Assembly: GCA_963823815.1 (NCBI GenBank)
Contig: CAWGMU010000003.1
Coordinates: forward strand, 326,442-390,441
Direction: 5' to 3'
Origin: an uncultured Acidimicrobiaceae bacterium
GTDB taxonomy: Bacteria; Actinomycetota; Acidimicrobiia; Acidimicrobiales; RAAP-2
DNA: 64,000 bases
Part shown: one piece after another, positions 19,174 through 29,382 of the stretch
How the letters are laid out: the number at the start of each line of letters is the position of its first letter
Position numbering within the stretch: the stretch's first letter is position 1
The notes under the pieces: model-generated
Databases searched by the model: none
The model's input: only the letters and a program-made list of their open reading frames with translations
Told to the model about the DNA's origin: nothing
Position numbers and translations under genes: made by a program

Positions 19174-20532
19174 ATGTTTCGATCCACTAAGGAAGGTCGC
19201 GGCAGCCGCCGGTATCGAGTGGTGGCGGTCGTCGGCCTCGCCGTGGCGCTCGCCTCGGGCGCGGGACTCGTCACCGCCGCGGGCGCGAGCTCGAAGGTGA
19301 CCCTCACGGTCTGGAACGACCCGCTCGCGGCCGGCTCGGTCGGCGTGCCGGCGTCGAAGTCGTTCCTCACGAAAGGCGTCGATCTCTTCATGAAGGCGAA
19401 CCCCAACATCCAGGTGAACATCATCCAAGAGCCGATGGCCTCCTCGACGGCCTTCGACACGCTGCTGCAGTCCTCGGAGCTAGCGGGCACGACGCCCGAC
19501 ATCGGCCAGCTCTACGTCGGCGGCCAGGTGATCCAGAACGCCAAGTTCCTCGACCCGCTCAACTCGCTGCTCGGCCAGTCCTACATCAACTCGCTCACCG
19601 GCTGGCAGTTCGTCACCGGGGGCTACAAGGCCGGCGGCAAGATCTACGCCGTTCCCTACGGCGCGGGCTACTACTACACCGTGTACTACAACAAGAAGGA
19701 CTTCGCGAAGGCCGGCATCACCGGTCCGGCGCCCACCACGTGGACGGCGCTGCTCGCCGACGCGGCGAAGCTGAAGGCGAAGGGCATCACGCCCTTCGAG
19801 TTCGGCGAGAAGGAGGGCTACTTCGGCGCCTGGTCGATGGACGCGATGATGTCGATGCTCGGCGGGAACCAGGGCGTCCTCAACATGTACACCGGCAAGT
19901 CCTCGCTCGACACGAACCTTCTGATCAAGCCCTACGAGGCCTGGCACGCGCTCTTCGGCGACGGGCTCACCAACTCGAACGCGGCGACGCTCACCTACAC
20001 CACGGGCGTCGCGAACTTCGCGGCGGGCCAAGCGGCGATGACCATCACGGGCCAGTACTACGACACGCAGATCTCCCAGGGGCTCGGCACCAACGTCGGC
20101 CTCTTCCCGGTGCCGGCGCTTACGGGCTCGAAGTACCCGAAGTCGCTCTCGGGCGGCCCGAACAACTCGTACGTGATCTTCAAGAACTCGAAGCACGTCG
20201 CTGACGACGTGAAGCTGATCAAGTTCCTGACGACCATCAAGGTTCAGGAGCTCTCGGTCCAGGAGCTGGGCCAGCTGCCGAACAACATCTCCTTCTCGGC
20301 GTCGGCGGCCTTCGCGAAGGCCCAACCGCTCTTGGCCGAGCTGAGTACCTACATCAAGACGGACCACTACGCGCTGGATGAGGCCTTCGACAACGTGATG
20401 CCCGGCAGCATCGACTCGTACTGGTACCAGACCAACAACGGGGTGTTCTCCGGGGCACTCAGCGCGCAGAGCGCAGCCTCGAGCATGCAGTCCCAGATGA
20501 AGAGCTACCTCGCCACTGCCTCGACGGGCTGA
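19174..20532 (+). CDS. Carbohydrate ABC (CUT1) substrate-binding protein
   Basis: Signal peptide, then VTLTVW, NPNIQV, PDI, IYAVP, YYNKKDF..AG, TW and F.AG.AAM. Confidence 0.9.
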   Translation: MFRSTKEGRGSRRYRVVAVVGLAVALASGAGLVTAAGASSKVTLTVWNDPLAAGSVGVPASKSFLTKGVDLFMKANPNIQVNIIQEPMASSTAFDTLLQSSELAGTTPDIGQLYVGGQVIQNAKFLDPLNSLLGQSYINSLTGWQFVTGGYKAGGKIYAVPYGAGYYYTVYYNKKDFAKAGITGPAPTTWTALLADAAKLKAKGITPFEFGEKEGYFGAWSMDAMMSMLGGNQGVLNMYTGKSSLDTNLLIKPYEAWHALFGDGLTNSNAATLTYTTGVANFAAGQAAMTITGQYYDTQISQGLGTNVGLFPVPALTGSKYPKSLSGGPNNSYVIFKNSKHVADDVKLIKFLTTIKVQELSVQELGQLPNNISFSASAAFAKAQPLLAELSTYIKTDHYALDEAFDNVMPGSIDSYWYQTNNGVFSGALSAQSAASSMQSQMKSYLATASTG

Positions 20533-20597
20533 GCCGTCGCGGCCGCGGCGGACGCGGCGAATCTAGGTAACTTCGGGATGTGTTGAGGAGGCGGTCG

Positions 20598-21530
20598 ATG
20601 GGGTCACGGAGCAACTCCGCGATCGACACTGACGACGCACCAACCGAGCAACCCCAGCGGCTGAAGAAGCGGCGCAACGTCTTCTCCTACGTGGCCCTCC
20701 TGCCCGTCGCGATCCTCGTGCTCGGACTGATGGTGCTGCCGATCGGCGAGACGATCTACCACAGCTTCACCAACTGGGACGGCGTGTCGAGCACCTGGAT
20801 CGGGCTGCGCAACTTCGACCTGATCGTGCACGACACGATCATCCGCGAGGTCTTCGTCAACTCGTTCATCTTTCTCATCTCGGTGCCGCTCATCCTCGCG
20901 GCGTCCCTCGTGACGGCGGTCCTCGTCTACGAGAAGGTGCTCGGCTGGAAGGTCTTCCGGTTCCTCTTCTTCATCCCCATGGTCCTCTCACCGGTCATCA
21001 TCGGCGTGCTCTTCAGCACGTTCTTCCTGCCCGGCGGCGCGGTCGACCAGATCCTGCGACCCCTCGGCCTCGGCCAGTTCTCCTGGCTCGGCAATCCCTG
21101 GGCGGCGCGTTGGGTCGTGATCCTCGCCCTCGTGTGGGCCTCGTTCGGATTCGGGATGGTCGTCATCCTCTCGGCGATGGCGACCGTCGACACCGCGCTC
21201 TACGACGCCGCCGCGATCGACGGCGCGTCGTGGTGGCGGCGACTGCGCTCCATCACCATTCCGATGATCTCCGGGTCGCTGCAGTTCCTCAGCGTCATCA
21301 ACGTGATCTACACGTTCACGTCGCTCTTCGCCTTCGTGTTCGTGATCACCGCGGGCGGACCGGGCTTCGCCACCACGACCGTCGACTACTACACGTACAT
21401 CACGACCTTCGAGAACGGCCAGTTCGGCTACGGGGCGGCGCTGGCGCTGCTGCTGTTTCTCATCGTGCTCACGCTCACCATCGCTCAGGTGAAGCTCTTT
21501 CCCAACCGCGAAGTGCAGCAGGGGTCCTAG
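20598..21530 (+). CDS. Carbohydrate ABC permease
   Basis: SFTNW, GLRNF, LYDAAAIDGA (EAA loop) and GYGAA. Start position uncertain. Confidence 0.9.
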   Translation: MGSRSNSAIDTDDAPTEQPQRLKKRRNVFSYVALLPVAILVLGLMVLPIGETIYHSFTNWDGVSSTWIGLRNFDLIVHDTIIREVFVNSFIFLISVPLILAASLVTAVLVYEKVLGWKVFRFLFFIPMVLSPVIIGVLFSTFFLPGGAVDQILRPLGLGQFSWLGNPWAARWVVILALVWASFGFGMVVILSAMATVDTALYDAAAIDGASWWRRLRSITIPMISGSLQFLSVINVIYTFTSLFAFVFVITAGGPGFATTTVDYYTYITTFENGQFGYGAALALLLFLIVLTLTIAQVKLFPNREVQQGS

Positions 21531-22352
21531 GTGTCGTCTCGGATCGCGCGCGGACTGGTCTTCACGGCCCTCACGTTGGTGGGGATCTCGACGGTCTACC
21601 CGCTGCTCTTCATGGCGCTCAACTCAATGCGCACCCCCCAGCAGTTCGAAGTCAACCCGTTCGGCCTGCCCCAGCACTGGGGCCTTTCGAGCTACCACTC
21701 GCTCTTCTCACAGATCCCGTTCCTCCAGAGCATCCTGCACTCGCTCATCGTCGTGGTGCCCGCGGTGCTGCTCGCGACGTTCGCCTCCTCGCTCGCCGCC
21801 TTCGTCTTCACGAAGGTGCCCGTCAAGCTCGGCAACGTCTTGTTCTGGACGATGTTGATGATCATGTTCATGCCGGGCATCGTCGTGCTGCTCCCGCTCT
21901 ACGTGGAGGTCGCGCGCACGGGGCTCGCCAACAACTTCGCCCCGGCAATACTCATCTACACCGCCATCAACATCCCCTACGGGACGTACCTGCTGCGGTC
22001 GAACTTCCGCGCCATCCCCAATTCGGTCGTCGAGGCCGCGCGGGTCGACGGCGCGAGCTGGATCAAGGTCTACTGGCGCGTCATCTTGCCGATCGGCCGT
22101 CCCGGGATCATCACGGTCGCGATCCTCACGTTCCTCAACATCTGGAACGACCTCTTTATCTCCCTCGTCCTCTTGCACGCGCCCAACACGGAGATGGTGA
22201 CCCCGACGCTCGCCCAGCTGAGCGGCAAGTTCACCTCGGACATCCCGGTCTTGATGGCCGGGCTGCTCCTCGGGGCGATCCCGACGCTGCTGCTCTACGC
22301 GGTCACGGCGCGGGTCTTCATTCGGGGCATGCTCTCGGGCGCCGTGCGTTAG
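21531..22352 (+). CDS. Carbohydrate ABC permease
   Basis: IPNSVVEAARVDGA, WND and a C-terminal GAVR. Confidence 0.92.
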   Translation: MSSRIARGLVFTALTLVGISTVYPLLFMALNSMRTPQQFEVNPFGLPQHWGLSSYHSLFSQIPFLQSILHSLIVVVPAVLLATFASSLAAFVFTKVPVKLGNVLFWTMLMIMFMPGIVVLLPLYVEVARTGLANNFAPAILIYTAINIPYGTYLLRSNFRAIPNSVVEAARVDGASWIKVYWRVILPIGRPGIITVAILTFLNIWNDLFISLVLLHAPNTEMVTPTLAQLSGKFTSDIPVLMAGLLLGAIPTLLLYAVTARVFIRGMLSGAVR

Positions 22353-22361
22353 AAAGGTGTC

Positions 22362-23519
22362 GTGAGTACCGGCCCCTCGCCAGCGGAGACCATGGCGATC
22401 GACGCCGGCATCGCGAAGGAGACGCCCCTCGAGCGCGTGAAGGCGGCGTTGCGCGAGTCCGTCCACGACCTGCTCGTCCTGACCGGACGCGACTGGGTGC
22501 GGTGGCTCACCGGTTACGCGCGCTTCGGCGGCGGGCTCACCTCGATCCTCGTTCGCCCCGACGCCCCCGCGACGCTGTTCCTGCCCAGCTACGAGATCGA
22601 CGTCGCGCGCCAGATGATCGACGTCGCGGCGGTCAACCTCACGCCCTTCACCGACGACGGCTTCGGGATGCTCGAGGACCCCCACGAGGCACTCGTCGAG
22701 GCGTTCCGCTCGAGTGGGATCGCTGGCGACGCGCACGTGGGCGCCGTCAACAGCGACTGGCTCGCCGACCGGTACCTGATGATGAACGCGCCGGTTGACG
22801 TGGGCAATCAGGCGGGGGCTCTGCGGATGGTGAAGAGCGCCAACGAGGTGGGCGAGATGGCTCGCCGGGTCGAGCTCTGCTGGCTCGCCCACCGCGCCCT
22901 CGCGCGCGCCCTCGACGAGGGCGCGACCGAGATCGACCTCTACTCGCTCGCGCGCTCCACCGTCGAGCACGAGTGGGGGACGCCGATCGACATGAACGCC
23001 GACGTCGTCAGCGGTCCGTCGTGCGCGCTCATCGGCGCGCCGATCTGCGTACCCTCGTCGAGAGTGGTCCAACCCGGCGAGACCGTGATCGCGGACCTCG
23101 TGATCGGGGCGGACGGTTACTACGCCGACGTGACGTGGACCCACGTGCGCGGTTCCAACCCCGACGCGGAGAAGCTGCGTGAGGGCCTCATCGGGGTGAT
23201 GGAGGAGACGGCGCGAGGACTCGTGCCGGGACGTCGCGCCTCGGAGGTGTACCGCGACATGGCGGCCAGGATCAAGGAACTCGCGCCGGATGACACGTTT
23301 CGCCACCACGGCGGCCACGGCGTCGGCCTCTCGGGCTACGAGCCGCCGTTTCTCACCCCCTACGACGACACCGTGCTCCAGGTGGGCATGACCCTCGCCG
23401 TCGAACCCGGCTCCTACGGCGCCGATCACGGGGTCCGCGTGGAGAACGACTACCTGGTCACCGAGAACGGCGGCCTAGAGATCCCGGGCCGTCCGCTCGA
23501 CATGGATCTCACCAAGTGA
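22362..23519 (+). CDS. M24 (Xaa-Pro peptidase/creatinase fold) metallo-amidohydrolase
   Basis: LRMVKSANE, then metal ligands IADL, YYADVT, GHGVG, VEPG and RVEND. Confidence 0.88.
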   Translation: MSTGPSPAETMAIDAGIAKETPLERVKAALRESVHDLLVLTGRDWVRWLTGYARFGGGLTSILVRPDAPATLFLPSYEIDVARQMIDVAAVNLTPFTDDGFGMLEDPHEALVEAFRSSGIAGDAHVGAVNSDWLADRYLMMNAPVDVGNQAGALRMVKSANEVGEMARRVELCWLAHRALARALDEGATEIDLYSLARSTVEHEWGTPIDMNADVVSGPSCALIGAPICVPSSRVVQPGETVIADLVIGADGYYADVTWTHVRGSNPDAEKLREGLIGVMEETARGLVPGRRASEVYRDMAARIKELAPDDTFRHHGGHGVGLSGYEPPFLTPYDDTVLQVGMTLAVEPGSYGADHGVRVENDYLVTENGGLEIPGRPLDMDLTK

Positions 23520-24250
23520 CCCTGAGCGTCGCGGTCGTCACCGGCGCCGCCAACGGCATCGGACGAGCGGTCGCCGAGCGGCTGGTTCGAGACGGTTGGC
23601 GCGTCGTCGGTGTGGACCGAGTTGTTATCGACGGACCGATCGACTTTGCTCCACGCACCTTCGACCTCGCCGAGACCGAGGCGATCGCACCGATGGTCGC
23701 GGACCTCGAAGGGGAGTTCGGTCCGATCGAGGCGCTCGTGAACGTCGCCGGCGTCTACGAACGGATCGATCCCTCGGCGTTCTCCCTCGAGGCGTATCGC
23801 CGCGTGTTGGCCGTCGATCTCGACGCGCCGATCGCGCTCGCGGCGGCGGCGGGGAGCCGCATGGCCGAGCGCGGGTACGGACGCGTCGTGAACGTGACGA
23901 GCATCCACGGCGAGTTCGGCGAGCGCGGCGGCCTGGCCTACGACGCGGCGAAGGGCGGTCTCAACCAGGCGACGCGCACGCTCGCTCTCGAGTTCGCCGA
24001 CTCGGGCGTGCTCTGCAACGCGGTGGCGCCGGGCTTCATCGAGACGGCGATGGCGATGGTCGACGGCGTCCTCGAGACGGCGACGGAGGCGTTTCGACGC
24101 GTCTACGTCGAGGGAGGGAAGCTCCCACTCGGGCGTGCCGGCCAGGCCGAGGAAGTCGCCGGACTCGTTGCCTGGCTCTGCTCCCGTGACAACACGTATC
24201 TCACGGGACAGGTGCTTCGCGTCGACGGGGGGCTCTCCGCGACGTTCTAG
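23516..24250 (+). CDS. SDR-family oxidoreductase
   Basis: TGAANGIG, YDAAK, NAVAPG and VDGG. Confidence 0.92.
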   Translation: MTLSVAVVTGAANGIGRAVAERLVRDGWRVVGVDRVVIDGPIDFAPRTFDLAETEAIAPMVADLEGEFGPIEALVNVAGVYERIDPSAFSLEAYRRVLAVDLDAPIALAAAAGSRMAERGYGRVVNVTSIHGEFGERGGLAYDAAKGGLNQATRTLALEFADSGVLCNAVAPGFIETAMAMVDGVLETATEAFRRVYVEGGKLPLGRAGQAEEVAGLVAWLCSRDNTYLTGQVLRVDGGLSATF

Positions 24251-24272
24251 CGATCGCCCGAGGGTGAGTCCG

Positions 24273-25229
24273 TCAGGGCTGCAGGAGGATCTTCACCGAC
24301 TTGGTCAGCTGTCCGGCGAGGTTCGCGAACGCCGCGGCCCCGTCGCGCAACGGGAGTCGCTCCAGCCACCCCACGGCCGGGGGAGCGGTAGCGAGCATCG
24401 CCAGCGCCTCTTCGAAGTCGTGGCGGGTGTAGGCGTAGCTGCCCCGAAGGGTGACGCCGCGCCGAACGAGGTCGCCGATGTCGAGATTCCCCGCGTACTG
24501 CCCGAGTCCGACGACGACGACGTGCCCACCCGGACGCACGGTGCGCAGTCCGGCGCTCCAGGTGGCCTCGTAGCCAACGGCGTCGATCACGACGTCAGCG
24601 GAGGCGGTGGCGAACTGGTCGGCCGAGGCGACGGCGCTCGCGGCACCGAGCTCGAGGGCCGTGGCGCGCCGGTCGGCCATCGGATCGGCCGCGGTGACCA
24701 CCGACCCGGCGAGAGCGGCCGCGTAGATGGCGAGCAGGCCAATGGACCCACAGCCGATCACCGTCACGTTGACGTCGGGTCCGAGCGTGACTCCTTCGAA
24801 GGCGGCGAGCGACGTCGCGAGTGGTTCGGTGAGCGCCGCGACGTCAGCCGAGACTCCCTCGGGCACGGGCACGAGTGCTGACGTCGGGACGACGACGTCG
24901 TGGGCGAAGGTGCCCGGACGGTCGAGGCCGAGCAGTTGACGATCGGAGCACAGATTCTCCCGTCCACCCAGACAGAGCGCGCAGTGCCCGCAGCCCTGGA
25001 GCGGCAGTACGACGAAGAGGCGATCGTCGCCATCAATCCGGCCGACCGCCTCGTGGCCGAGCACCAGTGGCGGCACCCGCTTGCCACCCGCGCCTCGGTA
25101 GGCGTGGAGGTCGGACCCGCAGATGCCCGCGAGAACGACATGAAAAAGTGTCTCTGCGGGACTAGGAGTTTCGGCGGGAAGGTCCTCGATTTCGAGGCGG
25201 TCGCCGCCGAGCCACACGAGTGCTTCCAT
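24273..25229 (-). CDS. Zn-dependent alcohol/polyol/sugar-acid dehydrogenase (MDR)
   Basis: GICGSD, GHE, CGHCALC...C, EP and GCGSIG. Confidence 0.9.
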   Translation of the reverse strand: MEALVWLGGDRLEIEDLPAETPSPAETLFHVVLAGICGSDLHAYRGAGGKRVPPLVLGHEAVGRIDGDDRLFVVLPLQGCGHCALCLGGRENLCSDRQLLGLDRPGTFAHDVVVPTSALVPVPEGVSADVAALTEPLATSLAAFEGVTLGPDVNVTVIGCGSIGLLAIYAAALAGSVVTAADPMADRRATALELGAASAVASADQFATASADVVIDAVGYEATWSAGLRTVRPGGHVVVVGLGQYAGNLDIGDLVRRGVTLRGSYAYTRHDFEEALAMLATAPPAVGWLERLPLRDGAAAFANLAGQLTKSVKILLQP

Positions 25230-25243
25230 CGGGCCCCCAGTCA

Positions 25244-25269
25244 GTTTCAATTATCAGAACAGTGTTCCC
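25244..25269. promoter_or_regulatory. IclR-like operator in the divergent ADH/IclR intergenic region
   Basis: GTTTCAATTATCAGAAC (25244-25260) overlaps AGAACAGTGTTCC and resembles the site at 19136. Confidence 0.62.
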
Positions 25270-25320
25270 ATTCTGGATAGACTGACTATAGTGGCGAATC
25301 AGGCTCGCCGAAGGGGAAAA

Positions 25321-26130
25321 ATGAAGGTGAACGAGGAGCTCCAGGCGTCGCGTCTGGACGAGGTGAAGGGCCTCAATGGGGCCGATCGGGTGCTCGCCAC
25401 CCTCAACCTGCTGGGTGGCTACCCCGAGGGCATCGGGCTCAACGACCTCGCCCGTCTCATGAACTCTCCGCGTTCGAGCGTCCACCGGGCGCTCGCCGCG
25501 CTGCGCCGGGCCGACCTCATCGAGCAGGATCGCGACAGCCGCTACCGGCTCGGCTACGGCCTCTTGAAACTGGCCTTTTCCTACTACGAGGAGCTCGACG
25601 AGGTCGGTCGGATCCGACCGGTGCTGTCGGCGCTCGCGGAGAACTTCGGCGAGACCGCCCACTACGCCACTCTCGACGGGTCCGAAGTCGTCTACTTGGC
25701 GAAGGTTCAGCCTGCCGCCTCGCGCTACCAGATGACCTCCGTGATCGGCGGGCGCAACCCCGCCTACTGCACCGGCGTCGGCAAGGCGTTGCTCGCCTAC
25801 AGCCTCCGCGACGAGGCGGCCGTCAACGCGTTCGTCGAGCGGCACGACCCGCCCCTCGCGCGCCACACCGACCACACGATCACGACCGCGGAGAAGCTCC
25901 ACCTCGAGCTCAGCCAAATTCGCGATGAGGGCTACGCCCTCGATCGCGAGGAGAACGAGCCGGGGATCAACTGCCTCGCGATCCCGCTCTTCCTCACGTC
26001 GACGACCGTGCCGGACGGGGCGGTCAGCGTGACCGCGGTCGCCCAGCGCTTCCCCCTCGAACGACTCGTCGCCTCCGTCGACGAGGCCAGGGCGATGATC
26101 CGCTCGCACCTCGGCGAGGTAATGGTGTGA
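25321..26130 (+). CDS. IclR-family transcriptional regulator
   Basis: N-terminal HTH (RSSVHR), GETAH, PAYCTGVGKALLA, GYALDREE and CLAIP. Confidence 0.93.
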   Translation: MKVNEELQASRLDEVKGLNGADRVLATLNLLGGYPEGIGLNDLARLMNSPRSSVHRALAALRRADLIEQDRDSRYRLGYGLLKLAFSYYEELDEVGRIRPVLSALAENFGETAHYATLDGSEVVYLAKVQPAASRYQMTSVIGGRNPAYCTGVGKALLAYSLRDEAAVNAFVERHDPPLARHTDHTITTAEKLHLELSQIRDEGYALDREENEPGINCLAIPLFLTSTTVPDGAVSVTAVAQRFPLERLVASVDEARAMIRSHLGEVMV

Positions 26131-27251
26131 AGATCACCGACGTCGAGGCGCTCGTGCTGCGCACGGGCGAGATCGACGCGTCGCGCGCCGACGGCACCCA
26201 AGACGCCTTCGTCGTGCGAATCCACACCGACGAGGGCGTCGTCGGTGTGGGCGAGGGCGACACGTCCCCGTACGTCGCGCGCACCATCGTCAACACTCCC
26301 TCGTCGCACTCGCTGTCGCGCGGGCTGCGCGACGTCATACTCGGCGAGGATCCGCTGCGCGTCCGTCCACTGTGGGACGAGATGTTCCTCGCGAGTTACC
26401 ACTACGGCCGCGACGGGGCTGCGCTGCACGCGATGAGCGCCATCGACATGGCGCTCTGGGATCTCGCGGGCAAGGTCGAAGGACGCTCGGTCGCCGACCT
26501 GCTCGGCGGGGCCGTCGCGAACGAGGTCGAGGTCTACGCGAGCGAGGTGATGCCCGAGACGCCCGAAGAGGTGACCGCCGTCGCGGCCAGGGTGGTCGGG
26601 GAGGGCTTCGGAGCGCTGAAGCTGGGCTGGGGTCCGCTCGGTCGAGACGTTGGTCGCGACGTCGAACTCGCCACCGCCGCGCGTGACGCGCTCGGACCCA
26701 ACCGCAAGCTCATGATCGATGGCGGCATGGCCTACACCGTGGCGAGCGCGCAGGAGTTCTGCCGACGGAGCGAGAGCCTTCATCTCTTCTGGTTCGAGGA
26801 ACCCTTCCTCGCCGATGACCTCGACGCCTACGAGCGCCTCACGAGGTCCGTCGGCATCCGGATCGCCTGTGGCGAGGCGCACTCGACCGCGGCGCCGTTT
26901 CGCCAGCTCATCGCGGCGGGCGTGAGCATTCTCCAACCGGACCTCGGGCGTTGCGGCGGGCCGACGATCGCCCGCGACATCGCCGCCCTCTGCCGAGACG
27001 ACGCCGCGAGCGCCGTCGTGATCCCGCACTGCTTCTCGACCGACGTGCTCCTCGCCGCGACGTTGCAGTTCGTCGCGACCTTGCCCGGCGAGCGGCTCAT
27101 CGAGTACCCGGTGACGGCGTCCAAGCGGTCGGGCACGCTGCTCACGACGCCGTTCACACCGATCGAGGGGACGCTGCGCCTGCCGGGCGGTCCGGGTCTT
27201 GGCATCACGCTCGACGACGAGGCGCTCGATCGTCGACTGGTCAAGGACTAG
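26127..27251 (+). CDS. Mandelate racemase/enolase-superfamily enzyme, probably an acid-sugar dehydratase
   Basis: SAIDMALWDLAGK, YAS, LMID, WFEEP, ACGE, QPD, PH and PGLG. Confidence 0.9.
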   Translation: MKITDVEALVLRTGEIDASRADGTQDAFVVRIHTDEGVVGVGEGDTSPYVARTIVNTPSSHSLSRGLRDVILGEDPLRVRPLWDEMFLASYHYGRDGAALHAMSAIDMALWDLAGKVEGRSVADLLGGAVANEVEVYASEVMPETPEEVTAVAARVVGEGFGALKLGWGPLGRDVGRDVELATAARDALGPNRKLMIDGGMAYTVASAQEFCRRSESLHLFWFEEPFLADDLDAYERLTRSVGIRIACGEAHSTAAPFRQLIAAGVSILQPDLGRCGGPTIARDIAALCRDDAASAVVIPHCFSTDVLLAATLQFVATLPGERLIEYPVTASKRSGTLLTTPFTPIEGTLRLPGGPGLGITLDDEALDRRLVKD

Positions 27252-27292
27252 GGCCGTGACGTGCGTCAATCGACTAGAAATCGCCAGAGGAG

Positions 27293-28471
27293 GTGGTCGT
27301 GGCGTCGATCTCGATTGAGCAAGTCTCGAAGATCTACCCCAACGGCTTCCAGGCGGTGTTCGACCTCGACCTCTCGGTGAGCGAGGGCGAGTTCATGGTG
27401 ATGGTCGGGCCGTCGGGCTGCGGCAAGACGACGGCACTGCGCATGGTGGCCGGTCTCGAGGAGATCACGTCGGGCACGTTGCGCATCGGTGACCGGATCG
27501 CCAATCAGCTGACCTCAAAGGAGCGCGACGTGGCGATGGTCTTTCAGAACTACGCGCTCTATCCGCACATGTCCGTCGAGGAAAACATCGCCTTCGGTCT
27601 AAGCCTGCGCAAGATCCCCCGTGCCCAGATCAAGGAGAAGGTCGCCGTCGCGGCCGAGATCCTCGGACTCGCTGATCTCTTGAAGCAGAAGCCCGGCCTC
27701 CTCTCGGGGGGTCAGCGCCAGAGGGTCGCCATGGGACGGGCCATCGTGCGCGAACCCAAGATCTTCTTGATGGACGAGCCGCTCTCGAATCTCGACGCCA
27801 AGCTGCGCGTGCAGATGCGCACCGAGGTCCGCCGGATCCAGCGTCGCATCGGCGTCGCCACCCTCTACGTCACCCACGACCAGACCGAGGCCATGACCAT
27901 GGGCGACCGTGTGGCGGTCATGCGACTCGGGGTCCTCCAGCAGTGCGACCAGCCGCAGGTCCTCTACAACAACCCGGCCAACCTCTTCGTGGCCGCGTTC
28001 ATCGGGTCGCCAGCGATGAACCTGTTCGAGGCGAACCTCAGCGAGGACGGCACGACGATGGCGATTGGCTCGCAGTCGATCGCCATCGGCGACGCGGTGT
28101 ACCGCCACCGGCCTGGACTCGCCGCGTTCCGGGGACGGCGACTCATCGTCGGGCTCCGCGCGGAGGACTTGCCAGTGGTCGCGGGGGACTACGCGCCCGA
28201 TGGCGTGTTGAAGGCACGCGTGGAGGAGATCGAGGCGTTGGGAGCGGAACTCCTCGTGCACTTCTCGCTGGACGCGACGCGCGTCAACGCTGAGCTGAAG
28301 AGCGCGAGCCGTGACGAGGAGCTCGACTCCGCCGCCATCGACATCGTTGGTGAGGGCGTGGCCCGCGTCGAACCGCGGGCCAATCTTGTCGTCGGCGAAG
28401 ACGCCCTGTTCCGCGTCTTTCCCGAGCGCCTGCACTTCTTTGACCCCGAGAGTCAGAACGCGGTCCAGTAG
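27293..28471 (+). CDS. Sugar ABC ATP-binding protein (MalK/UgpC/MsiK-like)
   Basis: GPSGCGKT, VFQNYALYPH, LSGGQRQR, DEPLSNLD and FIGSP.MN. Confidence 0.95.
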   Translation: MVVASISIEQVSKIYPNGFQAVFDLDLSVSEGEFMVMVGPSGCGKTTALRMVAGLEEITSGTLRIGDRIANQLTSKERDVAMVFQNYALYPHMSVEENIAFGLSLRKIPRAQIKEKVAVAAEILGLADLLKQKPGLLSGGQRQRVAMGRAIVREPKIFLMDEPLSNLDAKLRVQMRTEVRRIQRRIGVATLYVTHDQTEAMTMGDRVAVMRLGVLQQCDQPQVLYNNPANLFVAAFIGSPAMNLFEANLSEDGTTMAIGSQSIAIGDAVYRHRPGLAAFRGRRLIVGLRAEDLPVVAGDYAPDGVLKARVEEIEALGAELLVHFSLDATRVNAELKSASRDEELDSAAIDIVGEGVARVEPRANLVVGEDALFRVFPERLHFFDPESQNAVQ

Positions 28472-28520
28472 TGACGAGCGACGCGAGCGAGCACGTGGCG
28501 ACACAATCGAAAGGCGTCCG

Positions 28521-29372
28521 ATGAGATTCGTTCGAGTTGGCGAGCGGGGGCGCGAGCGGGCGGCGGTGCTCGGGCCGAGCGGCGAAACCCTTCGACTACC
28601 GGCCACCGTGGGCGACCTCGACGCCGCGTTCTGGCGCGACGGCCACGCCGACGAAGCGCGACGGCTCCTCGACTCAAACACCCTGCTCGAGATCGGCGGC
28701 GAACCCCTGCGGCTCGGACCGCCGATCGCCAAGCCCGAGAAGGTCGTCTGCATCGGGCTCAACTACCGCGACCACGCCGAGGAGACCCACGCGGCGATTC
28801 CCGACGAGCCGATCATCTTCATGAAGGCACCGAACTGCGTGGTTGGCCCGAACGACGAGATCCTCATCCCGCGCGGGTCGACGAAGACCGACTGGGAGGT
28901 CGAACTCGGGGTCGTGATCGGTGAGCGCGTCCGCTATCTCGACAGCCCGGACGACGCCCCGGCGGTGATCGCCGGTTACTGCGTCTCCCACGACGTCTCC
29001 GAGCGCGCCTTCCAACTGGAACGGGGCGGCCAGTGGGACAAGGGCAAGAGCGCCGAGACCTTCAACCCGCTGGGCCCGTGGCTGGTGAGCGCCGACGAGG
29101 TCGGTGATCCCCAGAACCTGCGACTGCAACTCAGCGTGAACGGGGTCGTGCGCCAGGACGGCTCGACCGCCAACATGATCTTCCCGGTTAACTATCTCGT
29201 CTGGTACGTCAGCCAGTTCATGGTCCTAGAGCCCGGCGACTTGCTCAACACCGGCACGCCCGCGGGGGTCTCGATGGGACACGACGACGTGCCGTATCTG
29301 CAACCGGGCGACGTGGTCGAACTCTCGATCGAGGGCCTCGGCAGCCAGCGAAGCGTCCTCGGCCAGGCCTAA
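28521..29372 (+). CDS. Fumarylacetoacetate hydrolase family protein
   Basis: CIGLNYRDH, DWEVEL, DVSER, QWDKGK and TGTPAG. Confidence 0.93.
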   Translation: MRFVRVGERGRERAAVLGPSGETLRLPATVGDLDAAFWRDGHADEARRLLDSNTLLEIGGEPLRLGPPIAKPEKVVCIGLNYRDHAEETHAAIPDEPIIFMKAPNCVVGPNDEILIPRGSTKTDWEVELGVVIGERVRYLDSPDDAPAVIAGYCVSHDVSERAFQLERGGQWDKGKSAETFNPLGPWLVSADEVGDPQNLRLQLSVNGVVRQDGSTANMIFPVNYLVWYVSQFMVLEPGDLLNTGTPAGVSMGHDDVPYLQPGDVVELSIEGLGSQRSVLGQA

Positions 29373-29382
29373 AGGGGGAACG

